A DNA stretch of 64,000 nucleotides, from the NCBI GenBank assembly GCA_949358305.1, contig OX442314.1, forward strand, positions 8,742,001-8,806,000, read 5' to 3'. A program made the translations under genes and the position numbers. The notes below the pieces were generated by a model, which saw only the letters and a program-made list of their open reading frames with translations, was not told the DNA's origin and ran no database searches. The DNA comes from Strigamia acuminata. Lineage: Eukaryota. Of this stretch, positions 38,026 through 51,583 are shown piece by piece. Position 1 is the stretch's first letter; each line of letters begins with the position of its first letter.

Positions 38026-38845
38026 GGATTGTATTTATTGGCACACTATTTATTCTTTGTTTTTCACTAAAAGTGATTTTCGTTCGCACTACTTTTCTCC
38101 GCACTATTTTTTCCAATTTCACACTACAGATTACTTAACGACACACTAAATTTTTTTTTTTTTTTGCCGTTGGTTCAGTCAGACCTGAATCCCTAAGTTT
38201 GGAACGAATTGTCTTGGGTTTAGTTACACCATTTTGGTATAACTCACGTATTTTATTTTTCGACAATTGTGGTATGCCCTAAATCGGGAGAGGCTCGTGC
38301 ATGTGTGTGTCGATTGTGTAGTAGATTTCGCATTTATCGGAAGTTTGCGACAACAAAACGTATTTCTTTGCGCTGCAATCATTCGAATGGCAGCAGTCAT
38401 AAAAAAAATTTTCATTAATACTCGTTTGGTACCGCCTTCTCATTATCCATGTCTTCAAAGCTTGTAAAGCTTCACCAGAATTCGCATATTAGTAAGTGGT
38501 TAGCTTGTTCCATTCTAATCCTTTCTTTCGCCTTCGTTTTGGTGCAGGTTCAGTACAATCAACGTCGCTTTCAGATTCCGAAGATGAGAAGAGATTACGT
38601 GTAGTCATTGCTGCTATAAAATTAACAGTGTGAACCAGGCCTTTATATACTAAAAAGTGCTTAAACGTTCATGAAACGTTACTAAAATAGCGCCTGAAAG
38701 TTCATAAAACGTTTTTCGGTGGTAGTGACAAATAAAGAACATTTAGTGTAAAATTCAGTACAAATAGTGCGGAAAAAAGTAGTGCGGAAAACAATTAAAA
38801 ATAGTGCAAAATTAAGAATAAATAGTGTGCAACTAATTTATGGCG
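38026..38845 (-). mobile_element. Deleted Mutator-like element with N-terminal transposase remnant
   Basis: 9-bp TSD CAATAATTC (38017-38025, 38846-38854); inverted GCACTA/TAGTGC subterminal repeats; disrupted frame from ~38608 (MTTRNLFSSSESESD...W...CCHSNDCSAK...HMH, C2H2-type) with stops. Confidence 0.75.
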
Positions 38846-39146
38846 CAATAATTCTACGCTTCTATCAATTCAAACATTTGAATTTGCCCCTACAAATTAT
38901 TGTTCCAACAAATCTAATTTCACACTCAAAAATATGATTATTCGACCAACAAAAAATTGAATTTTAGTCCAAAAAGTTCAATTTTAGTCTAAAAAATTCA
39001 ATTTTAGGTCAAAAAGTTCAATTTTAGTCTAAAAAAATCCATTTTAGTCCAAAAAATTCAATTTATTCAAAAAAATTCAATTTTATTCAAAAAAATTAAT
39101 ACATAATGTATCAGGAAAAATAAGAAATAAATTTGTTCAAAATCGG

Positions 39147-39800
39147 CTAAATGAGCTGTTTGAGTTGGACTTCGACGTTGGTCCATTCCTCGTCCGTGAG
39201 CGTTGGCCAGATGTGGTCGGGTTCGGTGACGGTGGTCTCGCCGGGCTTAAGGACGGCATCAGTTCGGTCCTTGTTCACGCACAGGGCCTTCAAGATAGAG
39301 GCGAGACGGGATAAGGCGGCATCGGATGAAATGGTTTTCAACCAATCGTCGTAGAGATTGAAAACAATCATTTGCGTTTCGGCCGCTTTTGTAATCAAAT
39401 CGCGGAATTTTTCAACCTTTAAACAGGCTTGGAAAAGGAGCTGGAGTTCGGTGCCCTTGATGGCGATGTTAGGAAAATCGAATAAATGGACTTGCAAGGG
39501 CTCTAACATTCCTCTCCGGGTAGCGATCACTTGTTTCGGCCGTTCCGCCACCGGTAAGGAACGAATGATTGCGCCCACATGTTCGGCAGTCTTCCATTTG
39601 GCTAATAAGGCCAAATCTTCCAGTCCGGCCCACGCGGATGTGTGGATTATTTGGAAGAACAATTTTCCGGTTTGCGGGTTTAGAATGAAAATAGCGCCGT
39701 TGATCGGCGCGGTCGTTACATCTCCTTCGAGGGCTTGGACTCTGTATACACAGGTATCGTCGACATACCAAACAATTTGATCGGCGCAAGAGCTATTCAT
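39147..39800 (-). CDS. Stand-alone Prp8 RNase H-like domain (domain IV) protein
   Basis: Intronless 217-aa [83 protein letters not shown]. No other Prp8 sequence seen in the window; AATAAA ~60 nt after the stop. Confidence 0.9.
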   Translation of the reverse strand: MNSSCADQIVWYVDDTCVYRVQALEGDVTTAPINGAIFILNPQTGKLFFQIIHTSAWAGLEDLALLAKWKTAEHVGAIIRSLPVAERPKQVIATRRGMLEPLQVHLFDFPNIAIKGTELQLLFQACLKVEKFRDLITKAAETQMIVFNLYDDWLKTISSDAALSRLASILKALCVNKDRTDAVLKPGETTVTEPDHIWPTLTDEEWTNVEVQLKQLI

Positions 39801-40224
39801 TTAGTAAGAATCGGGAAAGAATCATCAACTAGTTAATCGTCCCGCTACAGACAAGTTATAAACGTCCGGCGTACGTTTGCAGGTTCGCAGAAACGTCATT
39901 TCCCCCCGGAATAGTGGACTTCACTTATCGTCCGATTTTGGCGGCGCTAAAATGTCGTTGCTAAAATGTGATCGCTAAAGTGCACTAGATTCATGAAAGA
40001 AATTTAATAAAGTCACATCTCAACCTTTATAGATTTATACGATATTAATTTTAAAAAATAAAAAAAAATTAAAACAGTAAACAAAAATCAAATTGCAATA
40101 ACAAGTAAGTTTCTGCCAAATCATACATTTATTAATTGTTTCACAAAAAAAACAAAAAAACTGAAATAACGCTACAATTGTAGATAATTACGATGGGCGA
40201 TGTCGAGTTTCTTCAATGAATTTC

Positions 40225-40900
40225 AGATGGGAACAGTCTGACACCGACATACAGTGGTGGAAAAAAGTTTCGAGACCACTACAGGTTTCTTAGTTGCAAG
40301 TCAAATTTTGACTTGAAAATTTATTTACAGGTTTATAGCATGACAATAAAGCATTGTTTAAAATTATAAGATATTAACTCAAATCAAATTTAAGAAATAA
40401 AAAAAATTGTTCAAAAAATGTCATTTATGCTGGAAAAAAGTTTGAGACCATGTGTGCTCTAAATCATCAAAAACATAACCAATTTTCATTTCTAATGTTT
40501 GGAATGCTTACTATTCGTTCTAATAACTATAATAAACGTATTTGTCATTTTAGATTATTTAGTGTTGTCCTTAGCATCGGTAGGTGCATTATTTGGTGAA
40601 ATTCAAATTCAAACATTGAAACATTAAATTCATGTCTAAATGGAATAAGAGTAGTATATTGCTTCAGAATGTCGTGAAACAAATGCAGAATTTGTGGTGT
40701 AACAACTGCAAGAGTTGGCATCAAAATTTGACTTGCAACTAAAAAACCTGTAGTGGTCTCAAACTTTTTTCCACCACTGTATATTCGACTTCGGTGCTGG
40801 ATAATGCGATGGTTTTTTGTTTCTTCGTCATCCAACTTACCGCACAACCTGCGAGTTTGAATATAAATCCGCTCTTGTGAAAGCAGAATCCTTTCTGGGC
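40225..40900 (-). pseudogene. Ty1/Copia RNase H remnant split by a MITE
   Basis: SGFIFKLAGCAVSWMTKKQKTIALSSTEVEY, continuing as MSVSDC once the MITE and one TA are removed. Confidence 0.8.
40252..40779. mobile_element. Tc1-like MITE
   Basis: TA|CAGTGGTGGAAAAAAGTTT(C)GAGACCACTACAGG... inverted at both ends |TA. Confidence 0.9.
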
Positions 40901-41172
40901 CCATCGCCGTAGTCGCAACCGACGAGACAATTTGTTTGTCGAAAAGGCTTTTACTTACGACCCTGGGTAGATATTGGAATGAAATTCTAACTGCAGCAAA
41001 CCAGGTGAGGCTTATTTAAACAATAAAATCATAATATTGATTTTCTTTTTCTTTTCATTTATTTAATTAGCCCACTTGGGGAAAAGACTAAAATATATTA
41101 AGTTTTTTTCCCTCGTCATTTCTTGTAAAAATAAAATTCATCAAGAAATAAATCACTCAAAATGGAAATAAA

Positions 41173-44100
41173 TCAAAATCCGGGATCCCAGTCGATTTTT
41201 TGCTCCGCTTCGACCATTTCGTAGCAGATTAAAGTGTCCCCTTGCTGGAACCTCACTTCATTGTCACTCAACCTCAAACCACACTCGATGTTCTTCTTAA
41301 TCGAATTCACTTCCTCTTTAAAATGCTTCATCGAAGACAACGTTCCTAAATAATAAATAAATAAATAAATATAAAAAATAACTAAATAGTTGTTTTTTCT
41401 ATGATTTTGCTGATTTTTAAATGTTTTTGGAGATTTTTAAATGATTTTGGAGATTTTTAAATGATTTTGGAGATTTTTAAATGATTTTGGTGATTTTTGA
41501 ATGATTTTGGAGATTTTTAAATGATTTTGGTGATTTTTAAATGATTTTGGTGATTTTTAAATGATTTTGGTAATTTTTAAATGATTTTGGAGATTTTTAA
41601 ATGATTTTGTTGATTTTTAAATGTTTTTGGTGATTTTTCTAAGGTTTTATTTTGATTTTACGATGTTTTTATCGATTTACCCTCAAACAAAACATCGTTT
41701 CCGCGTTTGAGTCGAAACTTGGCGCTCTTTTTCAGTGATCCTTTGATGCACTTTGCTCCTGCAACCGGCCATTTTTTCTTCCCTTCGGTGACGAGAAATT
41801 CCTGAAGTATTTCCGCCTCCCCTAAATTAAAAATTATAAATTATAAAAATTCATTTTAAATTTTTTTTAAAAAAGAAAATACCTATAATTTCTTCTCGTA
41901 GTGTGGTGGGTAACCGCGAGTTAATTTCTTCTTTTATGCCGTCAATCAATCGATAAATAACATTGAAGTCTTTAATGGCGATTTTTCTCCTTTTGGCAGT
42001 CTCTTTAGCATCGCTTAAAGTATTTGTGTTGAAGGAATACACGACAGCTGTGGAAAATAATCCTTAAATTCGTCAAATTCATAAATTTGTGCATTCATTA
42101 TTCTCTTTACCGCCACAAGCGTCTGCTAATTCCACGTCGCTCAACGTGACTGCGCCGACTCCGTAATGAATGACGTCGAGTTCGCACAGGGGTGACTGAT
42201 ACGTGTCTAACGTGTCTAAAATTGCATCTACTGAGCCATCCACATCACCTAATTAATTTTAAAAAATTAAGAAATAATTAAAATGAAACTTAAAACATAA
42301 AAAAATAAACGAAAATCGTCAAAAAACGTTTAAGAATCAACATAAAACGTGAAAAAACGTTTTAAAATGGAGGAAAATCGTTAAAAAACGTTTAAAAAAA
42401 TGAACGAAAATCGTCAAAAAAACCTTTAAAAATGAACGAGAATCGTCAAAATACGTTTAAAAATGAACATAAAACGTTAAAAAACATTTAAAAATGAACA
42501 AAAACGTTTAAAAATGAACAAAAACGTTTAAAAATAAACAAAAACGTTTAAAAATAAACAAAAACGTTTAAAAATAAACAAAAACGTTTAAATAAATAAA
42601 AAAATCGTTAAAAAATGAACAAAAAACGTCTAAAAACGTTTAAAAATGGAGGAAAATAGTTAAAAAACGTTAAAAAAAATGAACGAAAATCGTCAAAAAA
42701 CCTTTAAAAATGAACGAGAATCGTCAAAATAAGTTTAAAAATGAACATAAAACGTCAAAAAAACGTTTAAAAATGAACAAAAAACGTTTAAAAATGAACA
42801 AAAAACGTTTAAAAATGAACAAAAAACGTTTAAAAATGAACAAAAAACGTTTAAAAATGAACAAAAAACGTTTAAAAATGAACAAAAAACGTTTAAAAAT
42901 GAACAAAAAACGTTTAAAAATGAACAAAAAACGTTTAAAAATGAACAAAAAACGTTTAAAAATGAACAAAAAACGTTTAAAAATGAACAAAAAACGTTTA
43001 AAAATGAACAAAAAACGTTTAAAAATGAACAAAAAACGTTTAAAAATGAACAAAAAACGTTTAAAAATAAAGGAAAAACGTCAAACAACATAAAAAATCA
43101 ACAAAATCACCTTTAAGAATTATTAATAATCTCGGGCCCGTATCAGCGTCTGCGATTTCCTTCTGCCTCTGTACATATCCGGGTCTAAAATGTCCTTTTT
43201 TCAGCCTCTTGATCCTCTCTTCCTTGTAAATTCGATCGTGTTGCTTCATCTTCTCTCTGATGACTTGTCCTTCCGTGTCCAACTTCACCTGAGTCTTCTT
43301 GAACTCGCGCTCGGCGATCACAGCTCGAGCAATCTTCTGCAAATGTCCATCATCAACGTGTCCTCAAAACTGAGCATCGAAGCTTTAAAACGCTCCAAAT
43401 TTCCACCTCAAATCTTACGTACGTCCGATTCCACTTGGATGATTTCATCGCCGGCGTTTGGCAACTCTTTCCAACCGAGAATTTCCACCGGGGTGCTCGG
43501 GGGCGCCGAATGGACGAGGTTTCCGTGTTCGTTGAACATCGCACGCACCTACAAAGCATTTACATTTCTCAATTCAATCGTTTTGGTTACGTGTTTTTGA
43601 ATGTTTTTGGCTAATAAGAGCATTTTATTTCAGGGTTTTGGACTGTTTTTGCATGTTTTGTTAAAAAAACAATTGTTTTTGCTGGTTTATCAAAGAAAAC
43701 AATTGATTTTGCTGATTTTTCAACGTTTTTACTCGTTTTTGTCAGGGAAAACAATTGTTTTTGACTGTTTATCAACGTTTTTGCTCGTTTTTGTCAAGGA
43801 AAACAATTGTTTTTGACTGATTATCAACGTTTCTACTCGTTTTTGTCAAGGAAAACAATTATTTTTGACTGTTTATCAACGTTTTTTCTCGTTTTTGTCA
43901 ATGAAAACAATTGTTTTTGACTGTTCATCAACGGTTTTAGACTGTTTATCAACGTATTTAGACTATTTACCAACGTTTTTGCCCGTTTTTGCCAAAGAAA
44001 ACAATTGTTTTTGACTGTTTGTCAACGTTTTTAGACTGCTTATCAACGTTTTTAGACTTTTTACCAACGTTTTTGCTCGTTTTAGTCGAATAAAAAAATT

Positions 44101-46709
44101 TCATTTGAGTATAAACTGTTTTTTTGCTCGTTTGTCAATGATTTAAACTTGTGATCATCGATGACTTAAACTAATCACTAAAATTCTCTTTAAAATCCTT
44201 TAAATCATCGATAATTGTTCCGAGCAGCAACAACCAATAAAAGCAATTACTTTCGCCCAAGCTTGGCCTCCGACCAGCACAGCTCCCTTTCTCAACGTTC
44301 CGCTCTGTATAATCGCCGTGCACAGTTTCCTTCAAACAAAACACAAAATCAACACAAATTAACAACTACCGAAACCTATTTTACCCTCGAACGGGATCAA
44401 CCTGCGACTCCACAACCACTCCTTCGACCAAACCTTCGGGGTACCCTTTCAGCTCCATCATTTCAGCCTGCGTCAAAATTACGTCGATTAACGTGTCCAC
44501 ATTTTCGTTCTAAAATAATGATTAAAAAAAATTATTATATTAGTTTTTAATGTTTTTTATTGTTTGCGCACCTTCAGAGCTGATATGGCCACTACTTGAA
44601 CATCACCGCCGCCATCTTCTAACTGAATTCCGTGCTGCAAAAGCGATTTTTTAGCCGCGTCCTGTAAAATTTCAGTTTAATCATTTTTTTTTTACATGAA
44701 TTAATCAAAACCTACAATGTCCGCTTTCGGTTTGTCGATTTTGTTGATGGCGACAACAATGGGCACTAAATAAAATGTTAAAAAATCAAAAAGAAATCAT
44801 CAAAAATCGAATAAAATCATCAAAAATCATCAAAAATCAAAAGAAAATCGTCAACAATCGAATAAAATCATCAAAAATCAACAGAAAGTCGGCGAAAATC
44901 GAATAAAATCATCAAAAATCTAAAGAAAATCCTCAAAAAACGAAAATAAAACATCAAAAAAAATAAAATTATCATAAATGGAATAAAATCGAATGAAATC
45001 ATCAAAAATTATCAAAAATCGAATAAAAACAGAATAAAATCAACAAAAATCGAATAAAAACAAAATAAAATCAACAAAAATGGAATAAAAACCAAATAAA
45101 ATCAACGAAAATAGAAAAATTATAATTTTTAAAAACAAATTTAATTAACCATTGGCTTCGTTTGCATAACGAATCGATTCGAGTGTTTGTTCCATAACCC
45201 CATCATCGGCGGCTATCACGAGAACGACTATGTCGGTGACTGATGCACCACGAGCTCTCATGGCCGAGAATGCAGCGTGCCCGGGTGTGTCTAAAAACGT
45301 CACCGTTTCGCCGGAAGTGACTTTTACTAAAATAAAATTATTGCATATTGTATATTTTTAATAATTTATGTGATTATTGCGATGATGTACCGGAGAAAGC
45401 ACCAATGTGTTGAGTGATTCCACCGAATTCTTGATCCACAATGGAGGAGTTGCGAAGTGTGTCGAGAAGTGTTGTTTTCCCGTGGTCAACGTGTCCCATG
45501 ATCGCGACGACTGGAGGCCGTTTTACGAGCGATTTCGGATCCGGTGGATTTCTGTTTTGAAAATAATTGTTAATTAATCGTTCAAATCAGTTTGGGCTTG
45601 GGCAATTTTTTTTTATATTAAAATCAACATTTTTCAAGAATAAAACCAAATTTTGAGTTTTTATTTTAATAAAAATATTTTTTTATCGGAAAAACTTGAT
45701 TTAATCCTCTCGAAATTGGCTTTAATAAATAAAATGTTTGATTTTTTGGTAAAAATTGAATCTTTTTGCGTAAAAATTGAATCTTTTTGCGTAAAAATTG
45801 AATCTTTTGTGCAAAAATTGAATCTTTTTGTGCAAAAATTGAATTTTTTTGCGTAAAAATTCAATTTTATTGCGTAAAAATTCAATTTTATTGCGTAAAA
45901 ATTCAATTTTATTGCGTAAAAATTCAATTTTATTGCGTAAAAATTCAATTTTCTTGTATAAAAATTGAATTTTGTGCTAGAATAAAATTTTTCATGCAAT
46001 TCATGAAAATGTATTTTTTCCAATAAAAAAAATCGAATTTTCGTTGCACCTTTTTAACATCAATTCGACATCTTCATGTTTCCTCACTTTATCAGGCGCG
46101 ACGACAAAAACAGCAGTAAACCCAGCCTTCTTTACAAACTCATTCAAAATATGAGGATTATCAATAGCTAAAAACCAAAACAACCATAAACACAAAAAAA
46201 AACCAAAAAAATTCTAATTCTAATTACCAGAATCGGGCGTATCATAATCAACATCTTTGAAATGCCTCATCAACGCAAACATAAAATCTAAACCAAAAAA
46301 TAAATAAATAAATAAAATTCTAACAAAAATACAAAAATCAAAATTCCACCTAAATCTCGACCAAGTATTTCCGCCAACTCTTTAACCGTAATATTAATCC
46401 AAACTTTGACTTCATCGCCCCTGAATTTGTCCTTAACTTTCGGCAGGTACTTCAACAGTCTGTCACTTTTAGGCTGAAATAAAACGCACAAAAAAATACA
46501 ATTAATATTTTTAATTTTAATTTTCACATTTTCATACTAACTCTGGATCCCGCATTTGATTTCCTACGAGTGCACGACGTGTGGATTAAACTGACACAAT
46601 TTTCACGCTTTTCTAGTAGGTTTATATTCGAAAACCGCAGTAAATGTTTCAATCCAGCTGCTCTTCTTTCGTTTAATGTCAATTTCAAGCAATAGTTAAG
46701 CAATTTCAT
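41173..46709 (-). CDS. MTIF2: Mitochondrial translation initiation factor IF-2
   Basis: Multi-exon. [79 protein letters not shown], ends QKIDWDPGF*; basic N-terminal presequence. Confidence 0.93.
41405..41640. repeat. 20-bp intronic tandem repeat
   Basis: (ATGATTTTGGWGATTTTTAA)n. Confidence 0.9.
42300..43085. repeat. 20-21-bp intronic tandem repeat
   Basis: (AAAAATGAACAAAAAACGTTT)n; source of the KRLKMNK ORFs. Confidence 0.95.
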
Positions 46710-47310
46710 TACAAAACTTCGTGTTTATTTGACTCAAACTCACAATGGCGCACTCGCGATGTATCACTTTGCGCCAAAAGATGGCGAAGCAAACAAGATT
46801 TTGGGGCCACAAAGGACAAATTTTAGTTAATAATATACGAATAGTAGTATAAATTAGAAAAGATTTTTTTCCTGCAACGTGGAAAAAAAGCTAAAACATT
46901 ACGTGTTCTATTGTTTTTTTTCTTTTGTTTTCTGTGTGGTTTTATATAACTCCGCAAGATGTCGCTGTTCATCAAGTGGAATATAATCTCGACGGAATGA
47001 AGCGATGAAGTGAGCGGAGCGAATTCATTCGATGTAATCGAGGAATAACAGGAGACGGGTCACGTCAGTCTATGTAGCTAAAATCGATTTCGAATTTATG
47101 TCTTCTGGATTGGCGGGTATTAATGTCGAACTTGTAAAAGTTGGCGATGGCAGGGGACCGCGCCAGGCGCAGGCGCAGGCGCAGGCGCAGGCGCAGTGCA
47201 AGCAGTTGCTTTAAAAGTCGTTGTGCCGTGCAGGAAAGTGATCAGCGCAGTGACAGCTGGTCGGTCACATAATAATCTAGAACTATTTAAACTGATCTCT
47301 TCTGCGGAAC

Positions 47311-50018
47311 ATGTTGGAAGCAAAAACATTCTCCTACATTGGCTTAGCCATACTTGTGTTTTGTGGTCATGCTAATCTCAAATACACTGATTGTGGTAAG
47401 AACAACCCCTAGTGTACATAAACCTCAGAATCAACTCAGAATCACTTTTAAAAAACTGAAAAATTGCTATTTTATTTTAGGTGTTCAAACTGGCGTATTT
47501 GAAAAAGTTGAATTGATTCCACCTTGTGATACCGCTGTTTGTACTTTACCATCTGGGCAAAATGTTACCATCAAATTGACATTTAAATCAAGTAAAAATA
47601 TAAAATGATGAACAATTGTTGCAACAAACAAACAAAACAATTGTTGTATCAAACAAATAAGAAACAAAATTGTTGTCACTAACAAATTCAATTCAAAATT
47701 GATCAAGTTTAAAATAAAGGGTGTCCCAAAATTGACGCAAGATTTGAATTTGCCACCATTTTCACTAACCCTAAACCTAACCCTAAACTCTTGGCTGTCA
47801 ATTTGTTGTTGTCTCAGGGTTGCCAACAATTTACGGCACAAATGGCGGTAAATTCAAATCTTGCGTTAATTTTGGAACACCCTATACAGTCGAAACTCTT
47901 TATAACGAATCGCAAGGGACCGGACAAATCAATTCGTTATAACGAGAATTCGTTAAAACGAATTAGCTGCAAAAAATAAAATTTTATCATAAACAACATT
48001 ATTTATTCATAAAATCATGTTAATTTTATCCCGATTCTTAAAAACTGTTGAAATTATAAAACGGGACAAATTAAACTCAACTGCTACAATTGATAGCTTC
48101 TTGCCATTGTTAATGGCATTAAAAATGTTCAACTTGTCCTAAATCAAAATTTCTTTTCCTTTGGCAGCCATTTTAAAACAGAAAATTTTTCATTTTTTCT
48201 AAATGTGTTCCTGACATGAGCATAGGATGTTGTGAGTCATGTGATCAGTTTTGAAAATTCCGAGGGCTTGTTGGTATTACAGTGTACTTGAAAACTTGTT
48301 TGTTATAACGAATAATTCGTTATATAGGAAATTCGTTATAACGAAAATATTTAACATGGTGTTCTATGGCCGGCCAACCAAGTCATTCTTAACAATTCGT
48401 TATATCGATAATTCGTTATATCGCGATTCGTTATAAAGAGTTTCGACTGTATTTACATTTTTAAATTTTTGTTTTCTTTAATTAATTTTACTGCTTTTAT
48501 AAAAAATTTTATTACTGCAACGCCATAATAGACTAAATTAGATAAAATTTAATACAAACAAGTAATAAATTCTTATTACTGAATTTATGAAATTAAACCA
48601 AAATAGGCATAAAAATATTTTATTTTTAAATTTTATTTTGTAGTTTTGGTAATATGATCAACTGAAAACGATCCCTAGAAATCCGGGGCCCCTGGGAAAG
48701 CATCCAATAAGCCCCTGATGATTTCCCTTTGAGCATAAACCAATTTTCAAGCTAAACTTCTAAGAAAAAAAACAACAATAAAATTAAAGCCTGAAATGTC
48801 CACTTCATTCCCATTGAATAGCATGGGAATGACGTCACATGTACAGACACGAAACGAGGGCACGTGGTAAAAGGATGAACGGCCGAACGTTTTTGAGTTT
48901 TTGAATGCAGCTATTGTGTACTACCACTAGAAAAAGTAGTTCTTTTTTTATTTTTGTGATTATTATAATGATATACCGGTAAGTTGAATTGTATTTTATA
49001 ATTATTTTGTTCCATTTATAAAATGTCGTTTTATGCTGTTTTTAATTCAACACACAAGTTTGTTCAGTTTATTGATTGCTTTGTCTGGAAAGCGCACAAT
49101 TTTGAATTTTGTACCGTTACCTAGGCAATCGATTACAATGTCTGTACATCAATTGCAATTCTGGTGTTTTGGTCTATTTTTTGTATCACTACTCACTACA
49201 CAAGTGAAATGGCTCGGCCAATGGGAGAAAGGCCAACCTTATAGTTTGCCAGAGTATAGCAACATAGACCGAACCGAGTATTTTCATCGATGTATCTCAA
49301 CCAATCTCAGCGCATCGTGAAAATAATACACTCATGTTGGACATGAACGTAGCCATTTCGATTTTAAACACATTTACCTAGGCTTAAAGGTTAACAAACA
49401 CTCTTTTATTTCTACGGAAGAAAATTTAAAAATAAAAATTAAGAAAAATGTTACAAGCATATTGCTTTTGCCAAAGTAATAGAGTAATGAAATTTGAGTG
49501 CCAAAATATTGGAATAATCTACAACTATGGTATATAGCTTTAAATCACACATGTTTGCAAGAAAAAAAATTATTTGCTCTTCATTTTACTACTGTACCGT
49601 ATATTGTTTATAGTTTATTTTATTATAGTATATTTACTACTGTTTCTAATCTATAAACCAAAATATTTTTATCTATTGTATAGTGAGCATTACTCAATCG
49701 GTTAAAGTCACAGTACATGGGATATTAGGTGTGTTTCCAATACATTTTCCATTACCAAACTCCGACGCCTGTCAAGACAGTGGTCTCATTTGCCCATTGA
49801 TGGACGGTACCACGTACCAATATCACAATGAGATGCCTATATTATCCAGTTATCCAAAGGTTAAGACAAAAATATAAAAATTATGAATTTATTTATTTAT
49901 CTATTTATTTATTTATTTACCCGTATTCTTCCAGTTGGCAGTTACCATACAATATCAACTTGTAGACGAGAAGGGAGTGGATATAATTTGCGTAAAAATT
50001 CCTGTCCAAATTGTATAA
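47311..50018 (+). CDS. NPC2: NPC2 / ML-domain lipid-binding protein
   Basis: Exons 47311-47395, 47481-47591, 49684-49859, 49935-50018. Signal peptide, six Cys, FPLPNSDAC...CPL..G..YQY...PILSSYPK, ICVKIPVQIV*. Confidence 0.9.
47717..47884. mobile_element. Short mariner-like MITE
   Basis: AGGGTGT.CCAAAATT.ACGCAAGATTTGAATTT inverted at both ends. Confidence 0.75.
47887..48449. mobile_element. Tigger/pogo-like MITE
   Basis: TA|CAGTCGAAACTCTTTATAACGAATCGC ... GCGATTCGTTATAAAGAGTTTCGACTG|TA. Confidence 0.9.
48912..49258. mobile_element. Truncated MITE, TATACTC family (copy E)
   Basis: Core similar to 2350-2670; only the right arm GGCTCGGCCAATGG...CAGAGTATA is present. Confidence 0.7.
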
Positions 50019-50546
50019 TTTTGTGTAAAAAAAATTAAAACAAATAAATTGAAAAAAGTACGTTTTTTGAAAAGGCTTTTACATTGGTTTTTCAAATCGC
50101 CGCCAGAGTGCCCTACTATCTACGCGCCAAAAATCACAAAATAATGGACTTTTCCACATTAAAATGGAAAACAAAATATGTGGGCAGATAGGAATTTTTA
50201 TTTTAACCAGGATTAGCCTGGTTTCAGAATTTATTGAGCACTTTATAATTAAAAACGAAGCAGATTTAGAGTTGACCCTGACAATCTGGCATCCATTTTA
50301 GTTAAAATATACCAGTGGTGGCGCTACTGTGCACCGGAAGTTGAAAAAAACATTCATGTCAAGTTAAATAAAAACATCTTTATAAATTTCAATGCAATCT
50401 TATTGATTTATTTGTTGGATTTAGTCAGTTTCGTACAGACAATGGACACACAATAAAAACAAGTGGCGCCAACTGGCGTTACATTAATACAATAATAATG
50501 GTTACTTAAAACTAACAATAGGTGTCACAATTATTTACAACATTAT

Positions 50547-51164
50547 TTACATGAACAAACAATCCAAAGCTGAATTGACACTTTCCACATCAAATCCATC
50601 GGGATCGAACCAACCGAACCGTTTAATCGTCTCGTCATACTCGATATTATGGGGATCGATCAAATTGTCAACGAGTCTTTTGAACTGCTCGGGTCCGCCG
50701 CACCGGTCGGGTGGCACGCATCGCTCTCCCACAATGCATCGCGGGTATTTCACTCCGATCTCGTAAGGTAGAAGCGTCTCGAGAACGATCTCGTGGTCCC
50801 AGTAATAATTTTTGTGCAAACCGAGGAAATTGTAGTAGTAATAAACGTGTTTTTCCACCAAATTCAAATATTTGGCGACGAGCACGTCCTCGTTTTCGAC
50901 GACGCAGTAGCCGTCGCCGATTCGCTCGTAATTGGCCATGGAATTAAACTGCGAATTTTTCACGACAAATCGATGAGGCAGATTATGGATCCAGCCCATC
51001 GCCACTTGCACGACGAGGTTTAATTGGCTTAGGGTGAAGTTTTGGGGGATTTGAATCTGCCGCCATATTTTCGGTTCGAACTCGTCGTCTTCGTCGATGC
51101 ACAGGGATATCTTGAGTTGGTAGACCACTTTCCAGACGTTGTAACGGTTCCGATCGGATGACAT
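50547..51164 (-). CDS. Plasmid pRiA4b ORF-3-like (MM3350-like) protein, copy 1
   Basis: VYQLKISL...PKIWRQIQIP.NFTL.QL..VVQVAMGW...H.F; YYYNF...WDHEIVLE; YPRCIVGERCVPPDRCGG; FDPDGFD...VN. Start placed at MSS (51164); the ORF is open to 51188. Confidence 0.85.
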   Translation of the reverse strand: MSSDRNRYNVWKVVYQLKISLCIDEDDEFEPKIWRQIQIPQNFTLSQLNLVVQVAMGWIHNLPHRFVVKNSQFNSMANYERIGDGYCVVENEDVLVAKYLNLVEKHVYYYYNFLGLHKNYYWDHEIVLETLLPYEIGVKYPRCIVGERCVPPDRCGGPEQFKRLVDNLIDPHNIEYDETIKRFGWFDPDGFDVESVNSALDCLFM

Positions 51165-51583
51165 TTTATCTATAAGTACTACCTTCATAGAAATTATTAA
51201 ATTAAATGTTACAATATCTTGGAAAATACATTACTTGTAGCCACATCGAATATGACGCTGTTTAGGAAACGAGGGAGCCAGCATGTGAGGAAATTGATAA
51301 CTAATTTTTGTAAGATGAAATGTTACTCACAGACTGATGTTATACGGAATGGAAGAACAGGTCTGGGGTTAGGCTTGAGCAAATTGCAAATGGCGGAAAG
51401 CATTTTCATTGAAAAATATAAATTAAATTGCACGATAAGAATTGAAGAATAATAAATAAATTATTTATTGACTCAACTATGAGCAATTGAGAAATGCATT
51501 ACAACTCGTGTCGCATGAATGAAATAAATAAAATGAATAAAATAAAATGAATAAAATAAATAAATGAAAAAGTGTTTGACGCT

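Noticed and set aside
42710..43093. KRLKMNK-repeat ORFs, and similar ORFs at 1147-1385, 9673-10461, 19525-20444, 29152-29711, 32971-33393 and 45653-46023
   Set aside because: Translations of tandem repeats inside introns or transposons; no coding evidence.
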